A DNA stretch of 53,351 nucleotides, filler included, from Bipalium vagum (GCA_037834085.1; 3 parts of 3 records of this genome joined end to end with filler, not necessarily neighbours in it), one strand, 5' to 3'. Shown: positions 1-13,989, numbered from the whole stretch's first letter. Numbers and translations are program-made. The notes: generated by a model from the sequence alone, not told the origin.

Positions 1-1771
1 GGTCAGAATTGTTAACATTAAAACAATTTCTTACAACAAATATATTTTAAATTTAATACACAAAAATAAATAAAGTTTCATGCACATTTATGAAGGGTAA
101 TAATGGACGAACACTAGGATACTAAAAATGTTATTGATAATCACAAAGTTAGAAAGTTTATAATCACAAAAAGTTTTTTTCACGAGTTTGATGCTGTTGG
201 TGTTTTTGGAGCCTTGTTTGGTCGTAGTCTCCACAAAAAGAAAAAATATAAAGTACCATAACTCTCAGTGCTTTAGAAGACGGTGGGTCTTAGTGTCATT
301 AGATGAGCCAAACGGATACACTCATAAATTCCTTAACAGCTTAGGAACTATCATTGGATCCTGTCACATAATAATAGGCATAACAAAAGATATATATTCA
401 CCAGCAATTTTCTTCCACGTAGATAAAATGTTTCTTCCAAAATATGTTTTAATAATTCAAAAAAGCTACTAAATCTTTGTAGCAGTCAATTCAGGACTCC
501 AGTGCCTTCTTATACTGATCAGACGACTACTCAGTAGTAGTTTAGTATTCTTAATTGAGAATATCAATTACCTTTAATGGACTTAATCCCTAAGTGCATA
601 CCCTGATCTAATCTTGGTAATTTGACATTGTCAAGATTAGACTGTCAAAAATATATATTTTAATTAATAATAATTTTTTTAATTTTACTTATTTTTATAA
701 TTTTGGCATAATTTATTATTTTTATAAAGATATAATTATAGTGGATAAATGTCGCAATAAATAATTTAGATATTAAAAATATTTTCTATTACCATGTTTT
801 TTTTCTATTATCTTTAATATTTAAAATTTTGATTTAGTAATTAAAAATATAATTTTTCAATAATCATAAATTAAATTGAAATTTTATTGATATTTAAAAC
901 TAAAAAAATCATTATAGGTGTAAAATTAACTGAAATGAAAACAATATCAGAATATTGTTTTTTTATTCTAATTCTTATTTAATTAAGCATTCACCATTAA
1001 AATAATATTAGTAAACTTTAAAATATCAGTAACAGACAATAGTTCTAATTTAATAAAAAATATATAAAAATTAGTTATTTTAATAATTTTCAGTTTAAGA
1101 TTAGCGAAACCTAAATTTTAATTAAAAATTAAAAAACCGAATCAAATCGAGCTACTGTCTAATATATCAAAATAAATATCAATACTAATTTTAATTAAGA
1201 ACTGGTTCTATACTACTTAAACTTTAATAAAATAATATTCAAAAACGGAAAACTGTTTCTTAATCATATAAAGAATATTTGAAAAATTTTTAAAAACATT
1301 CATTAAATGAAATTATAATAATAATAGATATTTCAATTCATTATGTATGACTTATTAATTATTAATTTCATACTGTTAAATTAAATAAGTCGGAAAAGTC
1401 AATGTTAGATATATCTGTGAATTCTTTATTGGAAACCATTTCTTCTTCATTAACTTCAATGTAACTTTAAAATTAATGAAATAGTAATTTAAAATGATGG
1501 CTTTTATTGGGCAATGTACACATCAATAATCGCATATCAATAATAAAGAACAAACCATCAACTAAATTAGTTATTCAATAGTAATACTAAATATTTAGAT
1601 TATTAAATATTTGATTAATAAATTAATTTAAATAAGTAAAACAAACTGATTAAAACAAAACTGCAAATCTCTCATCACAATTTACGAAAAACTGACAAGG
1701 ATATTATCACACTGGCAAACACAAACAATTGAAATAATCAATGAAAATGTTCTAATTCATTTTCAATGCTA

Positions 1772-4700
1772 TTACCATCCCATAAATGGAGAATCTTGAT
1801 ACATTATATCGTTGGGATTCACACCCCAGTAAAATAAAGCTTGAGGATTGGTACAATTCGCTTGTTTAATTGCTTTGATTCTTTTATTTACATCGTAAAC
1901 TGAATTTTAACAAATATCAATCTATATGTAAAATTAAAAACGTTATATAAAAAAATCAAAATATAAATTCAATTTTTTTTACCTAAGTAAGCTATAAAAA
2001 ATTTCAAAATTCCTACATATTAAAAAGAATTTCTTCACGTTGTTAAATGAAAATTACGTTTTAATATCCAAACTCAATTAATCAAGATTAATTTTAAAAA
2101 TTCTAAGCTGCATTTATTTTAAAAATAACTTTAAATGTCAAATTTTATTAGTTCGATAAATATTTTAAATTAATTTTCTTACACTTACCTGCTTTAAAAA
2201 ATTCATATTTCTAAATTCTTCATGATTTTTTATAAATTTTACGAAAAAAAATTAAAAAATGACAATAATCATTTAAAAAATCAATATTAAAAGTACAATT
2301 TTTATAAATAAAATACTGAACATTTCTCGCTATCCAATGATGTTTAAAGATTTAATTTTTATCTAAACTTGTGTATTATGTATATTTAAACAACTTTTAG
2401 GGCAAATGATCCTTACAACTGGCCAAAATGTCATGAAAAAATGTTGACTTTAGCACTATGATTTTTCAATGACAATTTTAATTTACTTGATAACTTAACT
2501 ACAATCCTACGGAATCGATAATTCATTCATTTGACCACTAAAATAAATGAGGTTTTTTTCATCTCTGATAGTTTTCCTGAAATCAGTTTGTTTTAATTTC
2601 TCTGAATTTATTTTTGTTCTCTAAATGTATTTTTTATACACAAAATCAAGGATGGGGGAGTAATGTGTATACATTTAAATAAATACATCGTTTTTTACTG
2701 GTAGAATAAATATCTTTCTATTATTCTTATTTAAATGCTTTACGGTTGATAAAATTTTGTATAATTTAGCACCTCAATGTCTTACTATTTTTATCAAATT
2801 TTCTCTTCAAAATTGACAATTTCAAGATATACATCTTTTGTGTATCAGATTTCTTAAATAAAAATCATTACTTTAACATCATATCACAATAAGCGTACCA
2901 AAAATCAGGTGAGTATTTTTGGTAACTAACTAGAATGGATTATTTGATTAAATATGCTGTCATATTTCTTTTCAGGTATTTGTTTTAAAACATGATAATT
3001 GAAGCTATCAGGCTGATTTATTTAAATTCAGTAAAATATTTAATTTTTTGTAAGTGATAAATAGATATTCAAATATTTAAAGACATTATTATTTCGTAAA
3101 CATTCGATTTAAAATTTCTTAATTTCTGTTGTAAGCTTATAAAAACTATTTTGCTAATTATTTAAAATTCTCTTTAAAATAATGTTAATATCATTACTCA
3201 CTAATATTAAAACTCTTGATATAAAGCAGAGTTGTTAATATTTCATAAAACTAAATATAACTGAAAATTTATAAAACTAAATTTGAAAACTAAAAATGAA
3301 AACTAAACTAAAATTTACTTGATTTAAACTGAGCTTTATTGAAATCAAGAAGAGTCTTATAAAACATTTCTAAAATAATCAATAGTGATGACCTAATGAA
3401 ATTTTAAAAAATACAATATTTTATTAAAAACCATAGTGTTTTAATACTTATATAAAATAAAAAGGTAGTAGTATTTAGATAAGTAAAATATGGAATTTAT
3501 TAAAATTCAATGTAATCTAAAAAATAGTAAGCTAATACACAACATCGTAGAAAAATTTTAGGAAATTTTAATAAATTATTTTCTTTACAATAATAAAAAC
3601 TATGTATAACTCTAAAGATAAATAAATGAATAAAAATAGAAAATTCTCACAGTAAAAATAAAAATTAGAATTTCAATAAGTGCTGAAAAATAGAAAAATG
3701 TGCACCCTGTTAATATTAATAATAATAATTAATGATAAATTGCTTATTACATATTTCTAAAAAAACACTTGATAAAATGAAAGCACTTCATAAAAGAATA
3801 GTAACAATCTTTGAAATACAAAAAAATCGATAAAAATGAATAGAAAAAAGTGTAATACTTTTCACGTAATCTACTTATGATAACGAACGATTTACTTTTA
3901 ACTGTAAAGTAATTAAAAGGAAATTCAACAACAGATGGCATTAAATGAAATATATTTTAAATAATTATAAATATAAAATTAATAAATTTGAAGTAAAAGA
4001 AAAACTGAATAATTTCACTTTAACTCATGGGATCACAAAAATTACCCATTACAATTGTTGTTACATAAATAACACTTTATATTTCTTCAACTATAAAAAT
4101 GGTGGTTTTCCTACTTTAAATTAAAATGCAAGATTTCAATTGACATTTTACTCAGCAGTTAATAATCTATTTTAAATTTAAATACAGTGCAACTTCTTTT
4201 TTGGACCAATTTCTGAAATGGACCACTTCTATAATCGGACCAAACTTCATATTTGTACCAATAATTTGTACTTATCATATTTCTCGATATTTTCATAAAA
4301 AAATAAAATTCTTGGTCCAAAAATTTGTTTAAAAATTTAATAATTTGTTCTAAAATTTCAATAATTTGTTTAAAAACTTAATAATTTGTTTTAATAATGT
4401 TTTGGTATATTACATTTTCAAAATCAGGAATGAGTTAAAAATTATCATATGAAGATAAATATAATATTGCCAAGCAACTTCGCAATAAAGAATCTTCCCA
4501 GCGAATGCTATGCAAGAAATATAAAACTAGCAAGTCAACAATTTAAAGAATTTATACTGAAATCGAAATGAATCCTTTAAAAAAAATCATGAACAGGCTT
4601 TGACAGATAGGGACAATGATGATAAGATACCCGATATTAATGACGTTTTTAATATTTTTTTACCAGATGGGTGAATTCACGAAGCATTACCAACCCCAAA

Positions 4701-7700
4701 ATATAATGCTCTATGATTTTAAAAGTTCATAATGGATATAAGAAAATAGCATGGATTAAAAACTAAAATTACGGATTATTTAATTCAAAAACGTTGAAAT
4801 ATATTATTATTTATTGGACATTGTTTTTTTTAATAATAATTTCTATTATTACATCCATAAGTTCATGTAAAACATATTTTATAGCCTTTTGTGTCTTAAC
4901 TTCTATTATTGGACCAACTTCTATTTTTGGACCACATGAAATTTTTTGATCCAAAATAGAAGTTGCATTGTAGAATAATATAATTGTAAACAAAATAAGC
5001 TTTTACCATACTTTTGTCTTTGAGATTGTTATTAATAATGATATCTAATTACCTGTTCATTTAAATTCTTTTTTAAAGTTAATTTCAAAATTAACATTGT
5101 CTTAAATTTACTCCCAATTTTACTTTATCAATTTTATATACTTATTTTATTATTATTATTATTATACCAATAACTAATAATTATTATAATAAATAAAATA
5201 ATGATTAAATATTAAAATAAAATATTTAAAACTGAAGTAACATTTATCTAACTTAAATAGCTCACTAATAACTTACTTCCAGAATATGAATTATGCACTT
5301 TATTGTTGTGTGAATTGTTGACTTGAGAATTTACAGAATTATCTCCACTAGCACCAATAGATACATTGTTTTGACGGGCAGACGAATTAGTAAATGTATG
5401 ATTTTCAATATTACTTGACCTCTTCGTAATATCACCATCAAAATTTAAAGATGTTCGATTATTAGGAACATTCATTTTATGTGGTCGTGAATTTGTAATA
5501 TTAGAATTTTTCATTCCATTCATGATATGCCATGCTGTGGTTGCTTTGTAAAATACTCCAGTAATAGATAGAAATAAAAAAAATAGTAATTACGTCTATT
5601 TTTGTATGATAGCGGCAGATGACAAGGTCCTGTCATGCCGTACATCAAATGAGGTGGAGGTGGAGGTAAAGGTAATCCGTATGAATAAGGGAGAAATGAT
5701 GGAGAAAGTAAATTTGAAAATGAAAATCCTACAGGTTTGCATTGAGAATTTATATTTGGTCGGACTAGTTCCACATCAATAGTTCCATTACTAATATCAT
5801 TTGGTAAAACTGTCTTATTACTAACATCTAAAGCACTGACAGCTGAAGCTCTATCTTTAAAATGGATAAAAGCGAAATCTCGAACTTTTTTAATAGATTC
5901 AATTTCACCATATTTTGAAAAATAATCTCTGAGATTCTGATCAGTACACTCAGCAGTGAGATTTCTGACATAAATAGATTTAACCTATAATTAAAAAGAA
6001 ATACAAATTTATAACATTATAATTTTATTCTAACTTTTGACATAACTTCTTGTGATGGTTCTTGCTTTTTAGCTGCCCAATCCACTTTAAGTTCCCGATT
6101 CCAAAGTCTAAAACCAGGTTTTGAAAGTTTTCTTCTGGCATTTGCAGCAGCTGAATGAGTTTCATATTCAAGAAATACAAAACCTCTATGTCGTTTAGAA
6201 TCCATTTCCCCGTTTCCTGTTTTGGCAGCAAATATCATCACATCAACTAACCCATCTATTCATAATAATAATTTTCAATTAATATATTCTCAACAATCAC
6301 AAGTATTTTGTTATATTGTTTCAAATTTTTATGTAAATATAGTAAAAAATAATAATGAATTTTGAAAATAATTGTAATCAAAATGATAACTCAAATTAAA
6401 AAACACATTTCCTACCCGTAAATTCTTTGAGATCACGTAACAATTCGACTCTATTTTTGTTACTAGGAACGTTTGCGACAAACAAGTGAAGATTAGGTGT
6501 GGATTGATTCATTCGTATCTTTCGACCTGGTCTGACTTCTTTATTGTCCAGCTATACAAGAAACAACTTAAATGACTTAGAAAATAATTTTTTTTTTACT
6601 TTTCTTAAATTGAAAATAATATTAAAATTCACAAAAATTGAATTTGTTAAATTTGTTAGTTCTTTAAAAATATTCAACATGATTCGCGGATTGAGAATCA
6701 AATAAAAAAAGTCGAGAATCTATTAAAAATTGATGTTAATCACGAAAATTGTTTAAATCAAATGTGAAATTTTGAAATTGTATTAATGAAAAATTAAATA
6801 TGGAAATATTCACATTGGTAATTTTCAGGGCCTAAATATTATTTTAATTTCCTTATTTATAAGGTCCAAATAATAAATTTTCCAGCAGTTCATAAAGTAA
6901 CTTTGGATATAAAATACAACTCATTACAAAAATCCATAACTGTTGCAGTCATTTCTCAACTGACTGACTTCCAATTTTCAGTAGGCTAAAATGATATAAA
7001 AATTAAAAGTTGGACTGTTAAACTAGCAATCGGTATAGTATGCACAAAAATAATCCGACAGCATATCTGCAAATGGCACAAATTTAATCATTAAATCAAT
7101 TACACATTGATGGAAAATTATAATAAAATAAAATTGACTTGCGGGAACAAAATTAAGATAAAAATGATAAATTTAACATTAAGGATTTAAAAATATTTTT
7201 ATAATGCATAGACTAAGAATTAATAGATAAATAATCAATTAACTGCCCCTCTTATATAAAAAATAAAATATCTAAAATTATAAATATTTAATAGCTTCTA
7301 ATCCTAATATTTCATTTTGATTAAAAAAAATGACGGTTAAAAGTTTTGAATATTTCAATCATATTACATAAAAATAAAAATATTCAGATAATTTTTTATT
7401 AGATTATTTTTATTAAATATACATTTTATCTATTGTTGAGAATTCAGGTTGGTTTAGAATTTATTTAATTGCGGACAATTTATGTATCCTTTGGTCAACA
7501 GATCATGAAATTTTAATAAAAATTACTTGCATATTTTATATTTATTGATTAACTTTAGAAATATCAAATTATAATGTAACCTACCAGACAAAACACAAAA
7601 GAAAATAGATCTTAATATTTCATTTTGAATAAAAGTGTCAATTTTCTAAAATAAATTCTGTCAAGAATTACAGAAATGATTAACTAAATAAATAATTTCA

Positions 7701-10700
7701 TGATGAAATTCATAAAAACATTTCCGAAGATGTACAAACCACTGGGTGAAATTTATATAAACAGTGTTTTATATTTATTTCATATACAAAAAGATTTTAT
7801 ATTACGAGTTAAACTAAAATTCATATCTCTATACACCTCTAGACCATTGGTTCTCAACGCCAAGAATTTTTAAGGGAGTTGCCAAATTATAGTAGGTTTA
7901 CAAATAATTACATGTAAAAAAAATCGTTCTTTGTGATGCTGTTAAATAAATAGTTTGTGATTCTGATTAGAAACTAATTCTGTTCACAATTAACTTAACT
8001 ACTAAAGTTAAGTATTTTATAGGTAATGTTATTATCTGATAATCTTATTAGTATAGTATTAGTATTCTGCAAAAACTAAATACGTTTATTAAAAATATGC
8101 TTTGAAATTATCTTAATGATTAGTTGCTTATTCAAGTATTTTTTTAATTATTCTAGTTTATTTTTCAACTTTAATTAATTTAAATCATTTTGATAATTTA
8201 AACATATTTTATACTATTAATATACTTTACTCATTCTATTAATATAATGAAAACTATAATCAAATTCGAATATAAGATGTCTGAGACAATTTTGGATATA
8301 AGATCATATATATACCGCTTTTCTAAAACATTTTATCATTATGAAATTTAATTATTTAAAATATTATAATTGAAAAAAAATTTATTTCAAATATCCGAAC
8401 CTCAAGGCAAATATTAAAGATGAAAGAAAATACATTGAATTTATTACCTTTACATTATGAGTTGAGGATATAACAAATATTTCATTTAAAAATATTTTTT
8501 ATTGATAATATCAAAAATGCTTTTCTATGCACTAAAAATGTAAAATAACAATAAATCAGGCAGTGAAGTTAAATGATCAAATTAGATAATCAAAATTTGT
8601 AATGTTTCATTCCTAAAGTAATCGATAAATATAAATTTTAACTATATTCTGAATGAATAACAACTCTTGTTATCAATAATGTCTTAATTTCTTTTAGAAT
8701 TGAAAGAAAAATTTTCAGAAAACTGTTGTGTTATGAGTATACGTGTTAAAAACTCATTAATGAGTTTTAAATATAATAAGTAGAATAATTTTAAAAAGCA
8801 TAATTTAAAAGATAAAGAAAATAAAATCAATGAAAACATTTCCTTAGTTCTATATTAAAAATTTTAATACGCCTTAAAGTTTTGTAAAATTAAATATTTT
8901 TAATATTCCTTAATAATCTGGAGTAACTTTTAAACTTTTTATAAGACTAAAAAGAATTAGGAACATTTTAAATTTTGAAAAAATTATTTGCCCACTGTGT
9001 ATTAAAATGAATATTACGTTTTACTTTTCCTTATTCGAGCTTCATAATAAATATACAACATTTAACTCAAAATACTTTATTTATTCAAACATACAAAGTA
9101 CAAAAATAAAATATCAGTTAATACTTGGTGTGCCAGTCTCTAGCCTCATTTCCTGCATTAATCCTTCTAGGCATAGTATCCACTAAACTATCCAGATAAG
9201 CCTGTGGAATTTTAAGCGATTCTTCAATAATAAATTGCCTTAATTGTTCCAAGTTAATAGATAGTGTGTCTCAGGAGTTCATTTTTTGACCTATATTATC
9301 CAAGACATTTTCAATGTGGTTAAGGTCTGGCGATCTGGCAGGCCATGGTAAAACTCTAATTCCATGATTTTTTAAAAATCTTTTGAAAGTACAAGATTGA
9401 TGTGCTGGAGCATTATAATGTTGGAAAATCCATTGGTTTGGTAGATTTTTGTGAAATTCTAAAAAATTTTAAATGGTTCTACAATATGACTGACTATTCA
9501 CATTCCCATGTAAGATTTCTAATTCGCTGCGGCTTCCTTTCCAAAATGCACCCCAAACATGGATCGAACCTCCTCCACATTGAACGGCTTGAACAACTAG
9601 ACCTTTCTTAAATCTTTTTTCCTTTCTCTCTCCATACTCTAGGTGGACCATCATTATTGAACAGTCGAAAACTGAATTCATCAGACCCCAAAATAAAATT
9701 CCATTGATTTCTGCCTAGATGCCAGAGACTTTTAATCAAAGACCGCTGTTTTCGAGCTTCTTAGCAGCTCTGTATCTTTTTATCCGGACATCAAGTAAAC
9801 ACCGATACACAGTTCGGTACGTTACTTGTTCACGCCAAAATTTTAATAGGCATCTGGCAGAAGCAAAAAGATGTTTTCTTGCTAGTCTTACTAATAATCT
9901 ATTGGCTCTGGATGATGTTTTTTTTGGTCTGCCTGCACCCAATTTATGATTGGTGGTTCCTCTAATCTGAAATTGATAAATCCAATACCCAGTGTTCTCC
10001 TTGGTACATTAAGAAACTCAGAAATCCATTTGCGAGATTTACCTGCTTGAAACATACCTATACATGGCCATTTGACTGATAAATCGAATTTCATAACTAA
10101 ATCAATTATAATAATATACATTATACGTTAGTCAAATAACTTGTATATAATGTTGTATATTTATTATGAAGTATGATAAGGCAAAGTAAAACGTAATATT
10201 AATTCTAATACACAGTGGGCAAATAATTTTGTCAATGAGTGTATATCTTCGAAAAATTGATAAATGTATTAAATGACAAAAACTAAATAATCACAGATGA
10301 AATCATGTACTGAATATATTCAAGCAAGAATATTTGTTTCAAATCAGATGTATATTTATATCTTATTCAGATAGTGAAAAAAAATTCTATACAACTAGAA
10401 AGTGTTATAATTTATTAAATATTTTAGGCCCTTAAAAATAAGCGCCATTTATCAAACCGAATTTATTTGTATATCTTAGCAAAATAATGATTATTGGAAA
10501 ATTTACATTTTTGGTTTTTGATATTTAAATGACAATAAAATAGAATGAAAAACCTAATATATATAAAGATTATTAAATATTTTCTAACTTATTAATATTA
10601 TATTACATTTTAAATGTATCATTTTCTGATTTTAAGAAAATCTAAATAATTCCAATACTTTTAAATATAAACTTTCTTTAAAGATAAAACCAATTTATGA

Positions 10701-11898
10701 TAAAACCAATAATATACACCAATGTTCAAACGTAAGTAAATTCATAATTTTAAATTTAAATTAAATTTTTTATTATAACAATTATTATACATAAAAAATG
10801 TCACTAATCATAATTAATGAATAATTAAATGCCTTTGATTTCGTTTTTCCAGACTAAATCATGTAAAAATAGGAAAGAAGGGTCCAAAATTGAGACGAGG
10901 TTACCTCGTATCCACATATTTCCCACTGACTGAGTATAAGTTCCCTTATCATTTTTATCCACAAAATTGTGTTGATGTATAACTTTTGAGTGAATATCTA
11001 CACCACCACCAATTAATGGGATTTCGTCGAACTAGTCCAATCTTCAGATTCTATATGAGTTCCTGGTAATATCCATCGGAATATATGCTGAGCAAGTGTT
11101 TCTCTTATTTGGTCACTAACTTTTACTAAAAAACATCCACCACTGAATTCCCAATGGCCTCGTTGGTACTTCCGATGAAAGAATTTAGTTTCATCAATTT
11201 CTACGATCAATAATTTTTTTCATTTATACCACCAATTTCCATTGCTCACATAATTCAAGAAAGAAATTAAACCAGTTAACAGTGATGAAAATTATTAACA
11301 TTTGCCTCAAACGCAACATACTTTTGGCTCATATCTCTACCACAACCATAAATAATAATTATCATTTGATGAAATGACAATGACCACGTTCTAAAAAAAC
11401 GAGGACTGACAGATAAACGTATTTTACACATGTCACTGAACCAGGTTTTACCATCAAGATCCAACAGATTATAAAATGTCCTATTTATTATACTGTAATG
11501 AGCTTTTACAAACATTTCCTAATGCATATAACTTGTTATATGTATACGAAAAAATATATATAATTAACTTCATTATTATGACCATTTACATTATCTCTAC
11601 ATATTTCTATATTTGATTTCCAGATAAACTCATTTTTAATGAGATGAAAAAACTGAAAAAGAATATTCTGATTATATTTTCATGTTTTAAAGGTTATTTG
11701 GTGTAAAATGATGATTCCAAAATCTTTATTAAGATATATATATTTAAATATTATATAATATATAAATGTAATAAAATAGTCCTGAAGTAATTTTTGTCTA
11801 ATTAATATAATCATAGTAGTATTAAAAACTAGGAATTATTTTAAATTTTATTTCACAAATTTATTCAATATATCAAAACTGTTGCTCATAAAATATTG

Positions 11899-11930
<32 letters not shown>

Positions 11931-12628
11931 TTTATTTATTTTTATTACTCTTATTTATAAACTTTTAACAGAAACTATGAAAAAATGGTATAGAATAAAA
12001 TATAATAACAAATTTCATATATGAAATACAATAACAAATGCATTTCTTGGATTTTACTTACCAATTCACGGCATTTCAGCGCAAGATCTTTATTTTGAAA
12101 CGTAACAAATGCAAATCCTCTATTACGAACTGTTTTAGGAGTCGCATAATTATGTGAAGTATCTAACAAAATTGATAATTCATAAATGCTATTTTCGCCT
12201 AAGGTCTCTTTGATTAGACAAATTAATTCATATATATTTACATCGCGTGGCAGAGCACCTATAAAAACTTCCATTGCATGATTTGGGATTGAACCATTCC
12301 AATCTGGAGGAGGACCATAGTGCATTTCATTTTTACTTTTAAAAAATCCATAATTATTTTTAGAAATCATCTCATTCATTTTTAATTCCCAATCACATGT
12401 ATCGCTGACAACTTGATGTTCTAAAAAACAATATCTTAGTTTGAAAATAATAATTGTTAGATTAATAAAATTTTAATTAAATAAAATTACAGAACTCTTA
12501 AAATTACATAAACAATTTTATATAAATTATGTTAAGAAATATTTTTTAAAAAATTAATTAACTTTTGTAATATAGGTATAAAAAATTAACAAACTCTCAC
12601 CACTGATGCTATTTTCCAAAGTTTCCAT
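1772..12628 (-). CDS. Three-RRM RNA-binding protein of the A1CF/RBM46/RBM47 (hnRNP R/Q-related) family; complete, 7 coding exons
   Basis: Hand-spliced GT-AG exons with consistent phases: 12601-12628 (ATG), 12062-12420, 6416-6551, 6035-6255, 5594-5984, 5277-5534, 1772-1899 (TAA). Family motifs: HYGPPPDWNG, EVFIGALPRDV, NRGFAFVTF (RRM1); LFVANVP, DGLVDV, HRGFVFLEYETHSAAANARRKL, LWNRELKVDWA (RRM2); EVMSKVKSIYVRNL, KKVRDFAFIHF (RRM3). The last two exons rest on phase and splice signals only. Confidence 0.9.
4185..4970 (+). mobile_element. pogo/Tigger-like internally deleted DNA transposon in the last intron of the RRM gene
   Basis: TIR CAGTGCAACTTCTTTTTTGGACCA at 4185 matches the reverse complement of the right end (CAATGCAACTTCTATTTTGGATCA). 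TA flanks at 4183-84 and 4971-72. Repeated subterminal acttctaNNNtggacca motifs. Degenerate CENP-B/psq-type HTH (LSYEDKYNIAKQLRNKESSQRMLCKKYKTSKSTI) from about 4430, with stops. Confidence 0.8.
7837..7860 (+). mobile_element. Possible isolated hAT (Charlie/Buster-type) terminus
   Basis: CTCTAGAC (NTCTAGAN-like target site) is followed by CATTGGTTCTCAAC, close to the common hAT end CAGTGGTTCTCAA. No partner end was found. Confidence 0.3.
8979..10241 (-). mobile_element. Tc1-family transposon with decayed transposase, in the large intron of the RRM gene
   Basis: Inverted repeats of about 85 bp (8979-9063 vs about 10150-10230, core aaattatttgcccactgtgtatt). The right end is GAGTG|TA. Minus-strand remnants: GAGRPKKTS, GGGSIHVWGAF, NAPAH, WPARSPDLNHIENV and C-terminal HTKY*. 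Several frameshifts and stops. Confidence 0.88.
10830..11520 (-). mobile_element. Merlin (IS1595-like) transposase remnant
   Basis: IVEIDETKFFHRKYQRG, ILPGTHIESEDW and, after a frameshift, IHQHNFVDKNDKGTYTQSVGNMW match the Merlin/IS1595 VEIDE...RKYxRG, PGTxIxSDxW and NHSxxFV...HTQxIExxW motifs. Confidence 0.82.
11900..11927. repeat. (TA)n microsatellite
   Basis: Direct reading. Confidence 0.9.
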
Positions 12629-13429
12629 CACTAATTTCTTTAATTAGTTATCACAATTTGAACATCAATATGTGTCAATGTTGATAAAGTAAAACAATAA
12701 GATTATAAACAAAATTAATTTATGTTTACTTTGTTTATAATAAAAATAAGATTATTTTTTATTTTTATTTTATTTTCTAAAATACCAATGAGCTTTATAT
12801 AATTAATTTTACAATAATTAGGATCATTTTACTGGCTTGAATTATTATTAGGTAATCAGTATTTATCATAACTTGAATACATTTTTTATATTGATTATAA
12901 GAATAAAAATATTGCAAAACAAAATTTTTCTATAGCTTATAAGCTTGAAAATATTTAAAATTTAAATGAGAAATAAAACACGTCAAAAAATAAACTTAAA
13001 TCCTATTTATGCTTATCTTCAAATCCTAATTGATTTGATGGATTCTATGAATTTATGGTATGATTATTCTTTTTTCAGTCTTATTTTAATATAATTTCGT
13101 TCATTTAATATTTTTCAAGTCAATTATCTCTAAAAATTATTGTATGCAAAAAGATAAGAGTTTGTCCGTGAGTTATAATTTTGGCTCAACCTTGTGTATG
13201 AATGGGCCATTAACTACAAAACAATCGCGAAATCAAATTCAAAGCCTCAGTAACATCGATATGAAGATGCCTTTAATGATATAGGTGACTAAATTATTAA
13301 ATCATTATTTATTTTAATAATAAAAATTATATTTATTTGATATATCGATCAAAAGCAAAAGAAATATTTAATAAAACCATATACTTTTATTTCAATTTAC
13401 GTTGTTCTACCTTCGACAACCATTAATGA

Positions 13430-13960
13430 TTTTCAGATCATGGTTTAAGTCCCAAGGAATGATAATTAGAAAAAAAAATCAAAGAAAAGTGCTTCCCCAG
13501 AAAAAATATTACTATAAAAATTTTGTATTCATATAAATAAAGTGTTCAGGTAAATAGCACCGGTTACTGTCCCTTCAAAGAAAATGTGTTCTATAATTCC
13601 AGATAAAGTAATACCACCCCAAACATTGACGCTTAGATTATTTAACTGACTCTGAATAGTTATATGACGGTTTTCTGATCTCCAATAAACAGAATTGTGA
13701 CAGTTAACACATCTACTAAGCTTAAATTAAACTTTATCAAAGTAAGTGTTTTTCTAAAATTTCAGGATAATCCATAGCTTGACTACTACAGATTTCCGCA
13801 AATTGCAATCGACCATCAGGATCCTCTGCTAAGAGTCTATGTAAAAGACGTGGTCCTAAAGGTTTCATTTTCAGTTCTCGAAGAAAAATAATGAGAGATT
13901 CAATGTTAATACCCAAATGAAGACTGTAGTTCTTGGTTGATTTAATAGGAATCATTTGTA
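13430..13960 (-). mobile_element. Tc1/mariner transposase remnant (maT/rosa-like)
   Basis: Remnants LLAEDPDGRLQFA, VNCHNSVYW and VNVWGGITLSGIIEHIFFEGTVTG across frameshifts. Confidence 0.7.
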
Positions 13961-13989
13961 AAGCCTATGCAACAAGATGTTGATTTTTG

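Noticed and set aside
188-600. 94-aa plus-strand ORF and GC-richer patch
   Set aside because: No recognisable motif on either strand and no splice support; probably an unidentified TE remnant.
622-634. Palindrome TTGACA-T-TGTCAA resembling a bacterial -35 box or operator
   Set aside because: Eukaryotic context; a 6-bp arm palindrome is expected by chance.
4191-4262. Regularly spaced ggacca repeats looking CRISPR-like
   Set aside because: No unique spacers; they are subterminal repeats of the pogo/Tigger element.
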